Assembly (NCBI RefSeq): GCF_006345805.1
Contig: NC_043006.1
Span: forward strand, 8,618,001-8,682,000
Direction of reading: 5' to 3'
Origin: Octopus sinensis
Taxonomy: Eukaryota
DNA length: 64,000 nt
Made by a program: the position numbers and the translations under genes. Positions within the stretch are counted from its first letter, which is position 1, and each line of letters opens with the position of its first letter. The notes under the pieces were generated by a model. It was not told where the DNA came from, did not search any database, and was given only the letters and a program-made list of their open reading frames with translations. Positions 26,551 to 38,984 of this stretch are shown one piece after another.

Positions 26551-26939
26551 GTGGAGGCGCAATGGCCCAGTGGTTAGAGCAGCGGACTCGCGGTCATAGG
26601 ATCGCGGTTTCGATTCCCAGACCGGGCGTTGTGAGTGTTTATTGAGCGAAAACACCTAAAAGCCCCACGAGGCTCCGGCAGGGGATGGTGGTGATCCCTG
26701 CTGTACTCTTTCACCACAACTTTCTCTCACTCTTACTTCCTGTTTCTGTTGTACCTGTATTTCAAAGGGCCGGCCTTGTCACTCTCTGTGTCACGCTGAA
26801 TATCCCCGAGAACTACGTTAAGGGTACACGTGTCTGTGGAGTGCTCAGCCACTTACACGTTAATTTCACGAGCAAGCTGTTCCGTTTATTCGGATCAACC
26901 GGAACCCTCGTCATCGTAACCGACGGAGTGCTTCCATCC
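26551..26939 (+). mobile_element. Full-length family A tRNA-derived SINE with 12-bp TSD
   Basis: A and B boxes present. TSD ATAAATATATGT at 26539-26550 and 26940-26951. Confidence 0.93.
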
Positions 26940-27225
26940 ATAAATATATGTATGTGTGCATACATGCCAAGGTTTAACATTGATATATAATGTCCGATCG
27001 AAAACCTCACGTCAAATAATTAGAGGAAATGAGTAAACACAAACACCATGCTCATGGCTTTGTTGAAGAAAACAGGAAACGGATGTATCGAAGCTGCTGT
27101 TTCTTAGCCTATTTTATACATTGTACGTTACTCATACAGAAGTTCCAGTCTCATTGTTCTTGTATATTTGTACAGCTAGGATCAGATAATCAAATATGTT
27201 CATTTTGTTTTAACACGGCAGTATA

Positions 27226-27456
27226 TATCTCTTTATTGCCTACAAGGGGTTAAACATAGAGGGGAAAAACAAGGACAGACAAACGGATTAAGTCGATTAC
27301 ATCGCCCCCAGTGTGTAAATGGTACTTAATTTATCGACCCCGAATGGATGAAAGGAAAGTCGACTTCGGCGGAATTTGAACTCACAACGTAACGGCAGAC
27401 GAAATACGGCTACGCATTTCGCCCGGCGTGCTAACGTTTCTGCCAGCTCGCCGCCT
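27226..27456 (-). mobile_element. Family D SINE with 17-bp TSD (one mismatch)
   Basis: Reverse complement of the 54202-54433 type. TSD TTTAACACG(G/A)CAGTATA at 27209-27225 and 27457-27473. Confidence 0.92.
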
Positions 27457-29028
27457 TTTAACACGACAGTATACAGTTCGAGGCCGATTAACCTGATACT
27501 TTAAGTAGTTAGAAGGATCATATAGAGTAATTGAAGTTACCTAATAAATGTCTAATTTGTGCTTCAAATTAATGACTATTCTTATTCTTATTGATGGATA
27601 CCAGCGTACTCCGAATATACGATGAAAGTTGCATAATATTTCACGTTATAACTATACGAAAGAAGCCAACATTAATATACTGAACATATATTGATAGCAA
27701 CAGCCTACACACTGTATTACCTCCTATGCATCAGGGATCACAAGTTTACTTAAAAATGCATTGACTCTATTGTCTCGAGTTGGTTATGCACAAACAACTT
27801 CAAATATCAAATATTGTCTGGGAGATGGACTGTTTCATTATTTCTATAAAAATCAGAAACGTGCTGAGCAAATGTTTGAAATATATTTGCATTAAAAGTG
27901 TTGTATGTTAGATACTATAGTGTCGTTAATATATATGGTAATGCTGTTCATAATAAGGATGACATAACATGACATGATATCTAAAATGTTTGCTTATGAT
28001 GGCAGCATATCAGAAACGTTGACACACGATATAATGTGAATATGGTGACATATGAGAGCGTGGCTGCAAAGAAATTACTAAATAAAGGATATAAATTTGA
28101 TTTATATTAATCAGATAAAAGGAAAACATTCATTTTTGTATATTCTTCAGTTATTATAATTCATGATACAAGAAAAGTTAATTCATTTGCAACCAACAGG
28201 AAATACGTTTCTGTATTTTGCGTTGTAAGGAAAAATTAGATTAAGACTCCACTAAAATGTGCTTCTAGTCTATATCATGTGTGAAAAATATCCCTCGGTT
28301 ATACACGATATCCTTGGGTTGAAGCAGAACGGAGTGAAAATACTAAATTTCATCCATAAAGAAATCATGTTTTAATCATTATAGCGATTACGTGCACGTT
28401 ACAAGTTCTATGTAAGAGGCTCTATAACGTAGTGACCTTATGAATACATTAAAACGCATATACTCTCTCTTTTCTTTACTCTTTTACTTGTTTCAGTCAT
28501 TTGACTGCGGCCATGCTGGAGCACCGCCTTTAATCGGGCAAATCGACCCCGGGACTTATTCTTTGTAAGCCCAGTATTTATTCTATCGGTCTCTTTTGCC
28601 GAACCGCTAAGTGACGGGGACGTAAACACACCAGCATCGGTTGTCAAGCAAAGCTAGAGGGACAAACACAGACACACAAACATATACATACACATACATA
28701 TATATATATATACATATATACTACAGGCTTCTTTCAGTTTCCGTCTACCAAATCCACTCACAAGGCATTGGTCGGCCCGGGGCTATAGCAGAAGACACTT
28801 GCCCAAGATGCCACGAAGTGGGACTGAACCCAGAACCATGCGGCTGGTTAGCAAGCTACTTTACTTCAAAACATTTGCCATAAAGGCAGTACACAGAATA
28901 AATTAGCTTTGCGGGCTGGACGAGGACATTAATGAAGTGAATGATAATGAAAGAAAGATGATAAGGATGGGAGAAGACAAAAAGCGCCCGCCGACTTTCG
29001 TTTCTCTAAAACATTGTTCTTTTTAAAG

Positions 29029-29178
29029 ATAAACACAAAACGAGGTATTAAACCTCTTACAATTTTTCCAATTTTTGGACTTAGCAGTCCATTATTAATA
29101 AAAATAAACACAAAACGAGGTATTAATCCTCTTACAATTTTTCAATTTTTGGACTTATCAGTCCATTACTAATAATAA
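29029..29178. repeat. Two 75-bp tandem repeats in the element's 3' region
   Basis: ATAAACACAAAACGAGGTATTAA begins at 29029 and 29104. Confidence 0.9.
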
Positions 29179-29487
29179 CAGTTCAATAATTACATATCGT
29201 CCTCGAAATAGCTTGTGCCCGCGCCCTCCACCATCAACCACGCCTCCCTCAGAACGTAATCAAGTTCCGAGTTTGTGTCGCCCGGGACCAAGTTATAATC
29301 TTCATTGAGCTCCTTTAGCCCAAGCGTCACGTCGAACTCCACGGCCTCCACAGCTACCTGCGGAGGCCATTCGGGGTCCTGTGTGAAGGCTAAAGGTGCT
29401 CCCTTGTGGTGCTTCCATCACCTTTTCAATTTCACCTCCTCTATAGAAGAGGACCAATACGTTCAGTTCTTTCGTTGGCGGCACAGT

Positions 29488-30429
29488 TCACGCCAACGGT
29501 ATTCCTTCTCTTGTCGGTGGCACAACCCCAACCGACGTAGTTCCGGGATATTCCGGTGCTATGTCACTGACAGCCGGCAATGTCCCGTTTTTCTTCCTCT
29601 TTTTCTTTTTTTTTCCCTTTTCAACTGAGGGAGGGTGCGTCTCCTCCGTGGCCGGAAGATTCGCCTTCCTCTCCTCATCCCTATTATCCTTTGGTGAGCA
29701 CCCATTGTTGCTCACCTTCCTCTTTCGGCCTCTATTTAAGGAGTCCTCTTCTTTCTCGGCCGTTATCATTCCCTCTTCTAGAGGGGTTTTACTTAACTGT
29801 TCCGGGATCCTATTTTGTTCCCGGGGACAGTTCTTCTTTATGTGGCCGGACTCCAAGCACCGATGACACTTATGGGGTCGACCCTCAAGCATCACCGGGT
29901 ACCTGCACCCGGCCATTTTCAAAAAACCTGGAAGAACCAGATTGGCTGATTGGGTCCACAGGGTCAAAATTGCTTTTGACCCAACCCAAGCAGCCGCAGG
30001 AAGAACTTTTACATTAAGGAGCTTAGTTTCGCTGCAACTCAGACCCCGGCGGATAGTCTCCTCTATCCACTCGGGTTCTATGTCGGGTGGCAGTCCGCAA
30101 ATCCAAGCTTTCATCAATTTCTTTTTTTTGTACGTGGGCAGGAATAAGATTTCCTTACCCTCCAGGGGTTTGCTAGCAAATTTGCAAGCCTCTTCAGGGG
30201 TGTCAAATAGCAACCACACCGTTGCATATTTGACACCCCTGGAAATGAATTTAATTGTTGGCAAATACTCTTCCAACTCCTTTTCAATTGCCGTCTTTTC
30301 GAATAGGGCGATGGTGTCGAGTGCCTTGGAGTAGTTTCTCAACACCACCGTCCTATCTTCACGGTCTTTTAACAACTTTTTAGGCGGTATGATCTCCCAT
30401 TCCAAAAGTTTGTTATTTTTCATTGCCAT
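29488..30429 (-). CDS. LINE ORF1p/gag-like nucleic-acid-binding protein (RRM-like region, one CCHC zinc knuckle, basic tail), L1/Tx1-like
   Basis: 313-aa ORF with CHRCLESGHIKKNC (CX2CX4HX4C) preceded by V.LEGRP, followed by Lys/Arg-rich low-complexity sequence. Confidence 0.8.
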   Translation of the reverse strand: MAMKNNKLLEWEIIPPKKLLKDREDRTVVLRNYSKALDTIALFEKTAIEKELEEYLPTIKFISRGVKYATVWLLFDTPEEACKFASKPLEGKEILFLPTYKKKKLMKAWICGLPPDIEPEWIEETIRRGLSCSETKLLNVKVLPAAAWVGSKAILTLWTQSANLVLPGFLKMAGCRYPVMLEGRPHKCHRCLESGHIKKNCPREQNRIPEQLSKTPLEEGMITAEKEEDSLNRGRKRKVSNNGCSPKDNRDEERKANLPATEETHPPSVEKGKKKKKRKKNGTLPAVSDIAPEYPGTTSVGVVPPTREGIPLA

Positions 30430-31546
30430 GTTTTTTTGTTTTTTTTTAATGTATTCAAAATAAAATTAAAAAACGAGAAGAAAAGGAAATCAGAAGAAAG
30501 TCACGGTCAAAAAGGGAGAAAGTCAAATAAAGTTAAAAAGAAAGTCAATAACACAGCAAAAAACTTCTGGCCATTCGGTACTCCCGGCCTACATTGAACC
30601 CGGAACGCCGCAACTGGAACACAACTTCCGCAAAAATTGTTGTAAAATTGGTAAAAATTGTTCAAACTTCGGAGGCAAAACACTCTCCTATATAACAGTT
30701 TTCACAATTCTTAAAGTTCGTCACAGCACAATACAATTCTCATAATTAGGCGAGAAAAATATTCACTCAATTTATCGAAGACGGATACGCCCCCCAAAAA
30801 TTTTCACAATTCAGCGAGAAAAATATATTTGCCACATGTCGGCAGAATCAGAATTCTGAATCCAGTAGGACTTCCTGCCTGTAAAAAACAATCCTCAACA
30901 AAAACTCCCACTGGACCCAGAAAACAGAATCTTACCTTACATGGGGCTTCCAAAATTTTCAATTCAAGACGGCTTCAAAAGCATGTCTTCACCGCTTCAG
31001 TGCCAAACACAACACTGACTCGCACATGCGCAGAAGCAACTGTTAGCAAGCTACTTACCACACAGCCACTCCTTTATTCAAACATTTTATGCTTCAAAGC
31101 TTAAAACTGTCTCACTTTGTTATTTCTCAGTTTCTTACGTTCCCTCATCCTCTGAATCAAGCACCGCTTCTATCCGCCTTGGATAGGGAATTTAAACACC
31201 TCATTCACATGAACGAGAAAAAATAGTGACCACTGGAAAAATATTTTCTTTGGAATAGAGAAGAAATAGAAGCGAGTGATAAAAGATGCCCAGCACTTAG
31301 AACATCATGCAGAGAAAAAGATGGTCACGTGAGGGAAAGAAAGATGGACGATAGTCACATGTGAGCAACGAGAAAGTGTGAGAGAAAAAGGAAAAGGGTG
31401 AGAAAGACAGATATAAAACCACGAAAGGAAGAAAAAGGGAATTAGAGAAAGATGGGGAGAAAACAGTATACTGTAGAATCGCATCAAATGGTCAAGACAA
31501 ACTTACTTGCAAATGGATGTGTGGCGTTCCATTAAATATTAATATA

Positions 31547-31591
<45 letters not shown>

Positions 31592-31609
31592 CATGCACAC
31601 ACACACACG

Positions 31610-31642
<33 letters not shown>

Positions 31643-31920
31643 GTATATGTATATATGCATACATGGGGGTAGGACGATACCTATTTTGTGTTGGAGTTTA
31701 TGGGAGCATCTGCCTTCGAAGACTCGTATTGTCGTTGAATACTCAAAATGAGAAGGATAGACAGCGGATGACTGATGAAGTGTTGTTCTTTGTGTTACTT
31801 GTCTAGTTTTTCATTCTTTCCTCTCGTTGGTTGCGTATTTAGCTCATTTGCTTTCGTACTTCATGTTGTTTACACAGTTGGTGATGTCCTGTACTCATAT
31901 ATACATATATATTGTTTATA

Positions 31921-31984
<64 letters not shown>

Positions 31985-32062
31985 ATGTGTTTATGTGTCC
32001 CTGTGTGTGCCTCTGTGCATTCAAAAGATAATTTACGTATTCAGAGAGCGGAAGGGATAGAT

Positions 32063-32102
<40 letters not shown>

Positions 32103-32448
32103 GCACATGCATGTAAGCAGCACTTGCTTTTTATCCACTTCAGCTACTCAATTGGTGAGAGTGCGCAAATATACTACATTTAATGGATTTTCTGACTTCC
32201 TGCCCATGTAGATCAATGGTCCTCAAATCCAAACTTATGGGCTATTCACAAGAAAATACCTTCCTGTATGTGTGGAGAGTTAATCCTCCTCGTTTGCTGT
32301 TGCTTAATTATAGGCAGCTATTCATTCAAGCAAGTGATATATCACAATATCGATGTCAATATACAACAGTTATTGGCGTCACAAATCTTTGGTTTATAAA
32401 TAGACCGATGACAGGAAGAATAAACATAAAGCGGATATTGTATCTATC

Positions 32449-32563
<115 letters not shown>

Positions 32564-32643
32564 CATCTATTTAGCCAGCTAGCTATATATGCATATATGT
32601 ATGCATATGTACATATATATGTATGTGTTTACCATAATGCATG

Positions 32644-32713
<70 letters not shown>

Positions 32714-32766
32714 GTATATATCTATCTATCTATCGATATATATATATATATATAAACGTATATATA

Positions 32767-32826
<60 letters not shown>

Positions 32827-34000
32827 CATCTTCTCGTGTGTGCTTGTGTCTATAATGTATAGCTATGCACTTCATGTAAGTTGTATATGCACACGAATGC
32901 ATGTAATAACACCGAGCAATAGTTATTAAATGCTTGTCTGCGTATTTGTACGTATTCGCATGTTCTTATAAGCATCTGCCTTTGTATTCTTACTGAAATA
33001 TTATACAGTTTGTATAGATTATGTTTCCGCTGCGGTTTATAAATTTACATGTCATTCGAAATACGAATATTTATTATTATATTTGCAGTTGACAGTATTA
33101 GGTCGGTGAACGCAATTTATACTTAACCCTCAATGAAATGCAACGAATCATCAAATAATTTCCTTCGATGTGTAAAATAAGCTAACATTACTACGTTTTG
33201 GCACAAAAGTGATGTTGTCCGTATCAATATTCAATATTTCGTCTCCAAAATTATGGTTTATAACATATGAGATCAGTGACATATCTCAATTGATGACACG
33301 TTAATAGCAAATGTTAGAATTTTCCAAAGCTAATATATGATATTATTTTGCCCGGAGGAAATATAAGAAGAAATATAAGAGACGGTGAAGTGGGTGGAAG
33401 AATTGAATTTACAAGTTGTCAGAAAGTTTAGAAATATACGAATGGCAGTGTTCTTTTCACATTTTGCAGATAACCACACAAGTTGCTCCAGGCTGTAAAT
33501 AAAACTTATACATACACACCCAGACCAAAACATGCATAAGCACCCACAAAAACGTTCACGCACATGTATATGCAAATAAATAGTTATACATATAATCATG
33601 TGCACACATATACACACATTAATACTCACATGTAAATATATATATATTCATATATAATTCTGAATATGTCTGACTATGAACATATATATGGTGTGCGTGT
33701 TTGTACTGACATACACATACATTTGTCTGCCTTTGTATTATTGACATATCATTCTGTATATCCAATTATAAAGGTATAAATCTATAGCTATATTTATATC
33801 AAAATACTGATTCTTATGAAGACCTATGTTCTCGGATGGACGTATGAACAATAGCATCGATTATTCAATGCAACTGACCGACTATCGGCAATTACTCTTT
33901 TCATAAAAGGCTTGAATTGAAATCTAGCTTTTGCCATGAACGAAATCATAAAATGAAGACAGGTTTTGTTTGTTAAATATCTGTTAAATATATATATATA

Positions 34001-34115
<115 letters not shown>

Positions 34116-34189
34116 TATATATACATGCATACACATACACACACACACCACAGCATACATGTACACTGCAACATAATTTCTTTTCCTCA

Positions 34190-34450
34190 ACAGGCCCTGC
34201 TCTATTTAACATTGTCCCGAGGGAGATCAAAGAGGAAAAGCATCCTATTCAACTTTAAACGGAGTCTGGATAGATTCCTTCACAGAATACCAGATAAGCC
34301 ACCCATAATTGGATATAACTCACCTAACAAGAACTCACTACTTGAATGGACCATAAACAAAACTTGACTTAAACAGGATTCGAGTAATCCTATCAGGTGG
34401 TGCTATTAAGTTAGACATGGCCTGGACCAATCTTTAGTCGAAGCATATCT
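34190..34450 (+). mobile_element. 3' end of a CR1-group LINE (short 5'-truncated copy)
   Basis: GPALFNIVPREIK / FKRSLDRFLHRIPDKP...NSLLEW matches the CR1 ORF2 C-terminus (compare FKIKLDLFLSGVPDEP at 49.5 kb). Confidence 0.75.
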
Positions 34451-34529
34451 AAGTTTATCTAAGTTTATATATATATATATGTACATATTTATAACAAAAG
34501 AGTGGTGGTGTTTCCACGCAGGAAAAAAT

Positions 34530-34885
34530 ATAGGATAATGCGTTGTTGAAGAAACTCGTAAATGTTTGAAATACATTTTTTTATATATACACCAAACTAG
34601 TTTCAACAATAGTTTTTGTTTACCGATGGTAAAAGTTTAAAATTAGAAAAATCACCTTTAAAAGTGTCAATGTTGATAAATTAACATGTTCAAAACAGGT
34701 GTGAGTTTGAATCTTAATAGAGAATGTTTCAAATTTCTCTCACTGTTTGTGTTCATTTTCGTCGAAGAGCTGAGGCTCAAAGCGTAAAAGACTTTCTCAC
34801 TTCCCGAGTGTTAAACTAATACATCTGAGAGTTGTTTACCAGTCTTCGTCTTTTGTTTTTTGTAAATTCTCACTATACACACACA
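34530..34885 (+). mobile_element. Decayed PLE pseudo-LTR-like repeat
   Basis: GTCGAAGAGC.GAGGCTC.AA.CG...TTCCCGAG.GT resembles 11100-11160. The hammerhead core is destroyed and the repeat ends in (CA)/(TA)n. Confidence 0.45.
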
Positions 34886-34898
34886 TACACGCACATAC

Positions 34899-35003
<105 letters not shown>

Positions 35004-35431
35004 GCCTACATACATACATATATACATGCATCAGTGGGACACCTGAGATGCTAGAGAAAACTGTAGTGAAAATGGGTGATATACATTGATATACGTATGG
35101 AGACACATGCTGGTATATGACCTACGTTGGAATCCTTATTCGCCCAACCTGGAGCTTAAATATGGTCTGTCCATAGCAATCATTCAGCATTACCTGATAC
35201 CTTTGGGTCTAATTGACATCATTATATCTCATAACCTATCTCTCTCGATGTATATATATATATATAATTTTATAATTTATATAGAACTCATTTATTTTGT
35301 TTTCTTTATGTTGTTTATCGCACGCCTATGACCGTTATTTTTTAAGGGCCAATGAAACACATCCGTTTTTTAAATGTGTAGCGTTTAGCTAATATTGATC
35401 AAATTGTTATCTCGGTTCTATTTTAAGAAAA

Positions 35432-35469
35432 CTGTCCGACGAACAGGAACGTGAAACTCCGAGTAACAG
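35432..35469 (+). ncRNA. Minimal type I hammerhead-like motif (U4C core variant) in a pLTR-like repeat
   Basis: CTGT-CCGACGA-AC(AGGAAC)GT-GAAA-CTC(C)GAG-TA-ACAG: stem I CTGT/ACAG, near-palindromic stem III, GUA triplet. Confidence 0.6.
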
Positions 35470-35501
35470 CATTTGCTACATTTCTGCTGCTTTTAAATAA
35501 C

Positions 35502-35552
<51 letters not shown>

Positions 35553-35857
35553 ATATATATATACATATAATAATAATATTAGGGAATAAATCCAAACTTA
35601 CAGGGAAAAATTAGATTTAGGATTAAATCCAATTTTATAGTATAAATATATTATATTATATTAAATTAGAGATAAAATAATTTTATGTATTGGCTTATGT
35701 TTTTCACTGTTTGATTTGCCTAATAGTGGTTTTATCTCTAATTTAATATAATATATATACATATATATATAGAGAGAGAGAGGGATACATACATACATAC
35801 ATACATACATACATACATACATGCATACATACATACATACATACATACATACATGCA

Positions 35858-35890
<33 letters not shown>

Positions 35891-36395
35891 TAATAAAAAT
35901 GAAATTTTGTCAGGCTTAGAACCCTGTATCTCAGTCTACTTTTGCTCTAAATTGACACATCATAACGTTTTGAAATCAGGATGATCCCAGAATTTAATAC
36001 TTGACCTTCATTTGGTCCTTGTACATACAGCATTGGGATCTGATTTAAAAGCATTGGGGTTAACATTTCTTGCAGGTAAATCCAATGTGAAAGGGACAAG
36101 GGTTAGCTCTCTCAGCTGTAAGTTTTACTAAAGATTTTAATGTGTTTTTTTTATAGTTTTTAGTCATCAGACTGCGGCTGCACTAGGACATCGACATGAA
36201 GAATTTTCATCGAAAAATCGACATCAGTTCTTTCTTTTTATACCGAAAAGCTTGGTTTGGTGAACATAACCACCAACACCAGTTTTAAGTACCGGTGGGG
36301 ACAGTCACAATATATACCTCCCACACACGTGTGTGCGTATACATGCATACATGTATATATTATATATATATATTTATACACACACACACACACAA

Positions 36396-36457
<62 letters not shown>

Positions 36458-36636
36458 TATATATATAAAACTTCTCTTCAAGTTTCTTTAAAAAAAAACA
36501 AAATTTGTGAGTTTTCAAGTTTTTCATTTAAATTCAATTTTAAATAATACCACATTGGCAGGGTACCAATAAATACTTTATTATCATCACTCCCTAGATT
36601 TGGCTCCGAAGGAGCTGGCCTAAAAACATGTTAAGC

Positions 36637-36673
<37 letters not shown>

Positions 36674-36707
36674 TTATATGCATATATGCAAATATATATG
36701 TATATAT

Positions 36708-36745
<38 letters not shown>

Positions 36746-36882
36746 ATATATATATATTATATATATATATATATAAATATTTAAAAATTGAGGGAGATAA
36801 ATTAATATTAATTTTAATATCAATTTAAAACCAGTAGTCCAGCATTCAAAAAATCTGAGGAGTCAGAGAAAATTTAAATATA

Positions 36883-37004
36883 TGTGTATATTGGCAGGGC
36901 TGGCCTGCTAGGTAGCCGGCCAGAATGCTAGAAATAGATCATAAATGAAATTATCTATTTCTAGCATTCTGGCCGGCTACCTAGCAGGCCAGCCCTGCCA
37001 ATAT

Positions 37005-37009
<5 letters not shown>
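36883..37009. repeat. Perfect 57-bp inverted repeat with a 13-nt spacer
   Basis: 36883-36939 is the exact reverse complement of 36953-37009. Confidence 0.97.
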
Positions 37010-37067
<58 letters not shown>

Positions 37068-38587
37068 TATGTATGTGTGTGTGTATGATGAGCTCTAAAC
37101 GCCTGTAATACAATGCATAATAGCCGGGAGTGACGCGGCTTCCCGGTGCGAAACTTTTCCCGCATTCGCAGTAGAAATGCTGTCACCTTACACCCACATA
37201 ACCTTTCCACAAGTCACTATATATGGCGGTGAAAAATATAGCCGCATGATTTATGGAAATGCATCATATATGCCCTATTGTCCATTCAAATAACGACTTT
37301 CGGAAAATTCTTCTGATGAATGGGCTATAAAAATGATATTACGTAATGCCAACGATATATATATATATATATATATATATCTATATATATATATATAATA
37401 TATATATATATCTATATATATATATAATAGACAGATGAATAGATAGGTAGATATAGATGGCGATATAGATATAGATATAGTTATGCGTCCGTATCTAATG
37501 AGGCCATCAACATCTTGTTTCCAGGTACGAGAATGATAAATGCCGATTATATTCCCGTATGAATAACTCAGATTTATTCCAATATGAGAGAATATGAAGA
37601 GTGATACTCTGGTAAAGGTCATTCTCATAAAATCATGCCTAGCAAACACAAAGAAAGCTGTAAACAATGTTAGTTTCTGTCTATGTAGGTATTTGTACTA
37701 TTTGCATGGAGAAAATCTAATTCGGTACAGTTCAAGTATTTCTCGTGTGTAAATCTGCAATAACGATTGGAATTAAGATATTTTGTTAAGATTCTATTTG
37801 ATCAAATTCACTGAAGCATTTACATATATCAAATAATTATGACGGCTTAAATATCTGTAAAAACGTTAATTGATAGAGATAAGGTTAAAGGTTGCTGATT
37901 TGAAATTACATCTGACGGTAAAGGGAGTTTGTTCGTATTTAATCATTAGATTAAATGTTGCCTAATTAATAGGTTCTTAATTGAGAAGTATCTCATTATA
38001 TTAGTTTCGTTTGATTTATTTTCACACAAGCCTCTAACGTTCCCAGAAGCGATTTATAAATTTACTTTCATAATTTCATATATTAATAATTTTTTTTTTA
38101 AATGTCGGAATGTTAGTTCAAGACGTAAATTGTTTTATTTTATCGCATTTTGAGCAAATATTATGAAACATGATCAAACTTATAACCCTTGAGAATGGTG
38201 AGACTTTTTGATACAGTCGATAAGCAATTATTTGCGAAGCATTGCAGCAAATATGAGATTTGAATTTGTTTTGATTTCAATTGTTATTATAAACTGTTCG
38301 CTATATGATCATCGAAGCATTTGATCAAATATGAGTTTCTCACTAATTGTATACAGCACTTACACTTGCTGCGAAATTCATTATCTCTTGGGAAATTAAT
38401 TGAAGTTTTTGCAACTAGAAAATTGAAATTTGATTCGACAATAATTATTTTTGGCACATTTTTACGCCCGTAAAAATATATGATGAAACAGAGGGGTTGG
38501 GTTGCGAAATTAATACCTTTATTCATTCACTGATAATGATTGACGCAAATATGTGTATGTGTATACATATACTTTCATATATGTATA

Positions 38588-38638
<51 letters not shown>

Positions 38639-38657
38639 TATATACATACATACATAC

Positions 38658-38748
<91 letters not shown>

Positions 38749-38984
38749 GATATATGACTACATGTTAAATTTATGTGAAAACTGTTTCTTCCTCCTCTGT
38801 ATTTTCCTTTAAAAGCCATAATCTGCATCACACTTTTCTTTTATTCACTTACATATACTTCGAATACATTCAGTAACATACATACTTATATATGTATTTA
38901 TATATATATATGGATATATATATGTGGATATATATATATGTGGATATATATACATATATATGTGTGTGTGTGAGAGAGCATATA

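Larger units (their letters stand above)
28862..31041 (-). mobile_element. 2180-bp non-autonomous non-LTR retroelement encoding only an ORF1-like protein
   Basis: Flanked by 15-bp TSD GTTAGCAAGCTACTT (28847-28861, 31042-31056). 612-nt leader, ORF1, 3' region, and no EN/RT coding recognisable. Confidence 0.85.
28470..31072 (-). mobile_element. Family B SINE split in its tRNA-like head by the ORF1-only element (SINE parts 28470-28861 and 31042-31072)
   Basis: Removing 28862-31041 and one TSD copy restores ...GTTAGCAAGCTACTTACCACACAGCCACTCCT, as seen uninterrupted at ~51797-51828. Confidence 0.88.

Noticed and set aside
26551-26630. tRNA genes at SINE heads (also 20570-20641, 53750-53829, 44646-44716)
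   Set aside because: A/B boxes are present but no complete cloverleaf was evident, and each runs into a repeat body, often with TSDs.
31140-31180. Minus-strand GGATGAGGG...GAAAC hammerhead-like string
   Set aside because: Core and stems are too degenerate to call.
32225-32280. Plus-strand peptide GYSQENTFLYVW resembling the receptor exon (possible duplicate exon)
   Set aside because: Wrong strand, no splice sites, and no downstream QF motif.
37288-37335. CTGATGA followed by TGGGC...GCC
   Set aside because: Truncated by a TA tract before GAAA and stem III, so it is an incomplete motif.
38364-38414. 51-nt phase 1/1 minus-strand segment with good splice sites (AKTSINFPRDNEFRSK) as the missing Cys-loop exon
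   Set aside because: The FPxD is suggestive, but the second cysteine is absent and the spacing to FGY is four residues short.
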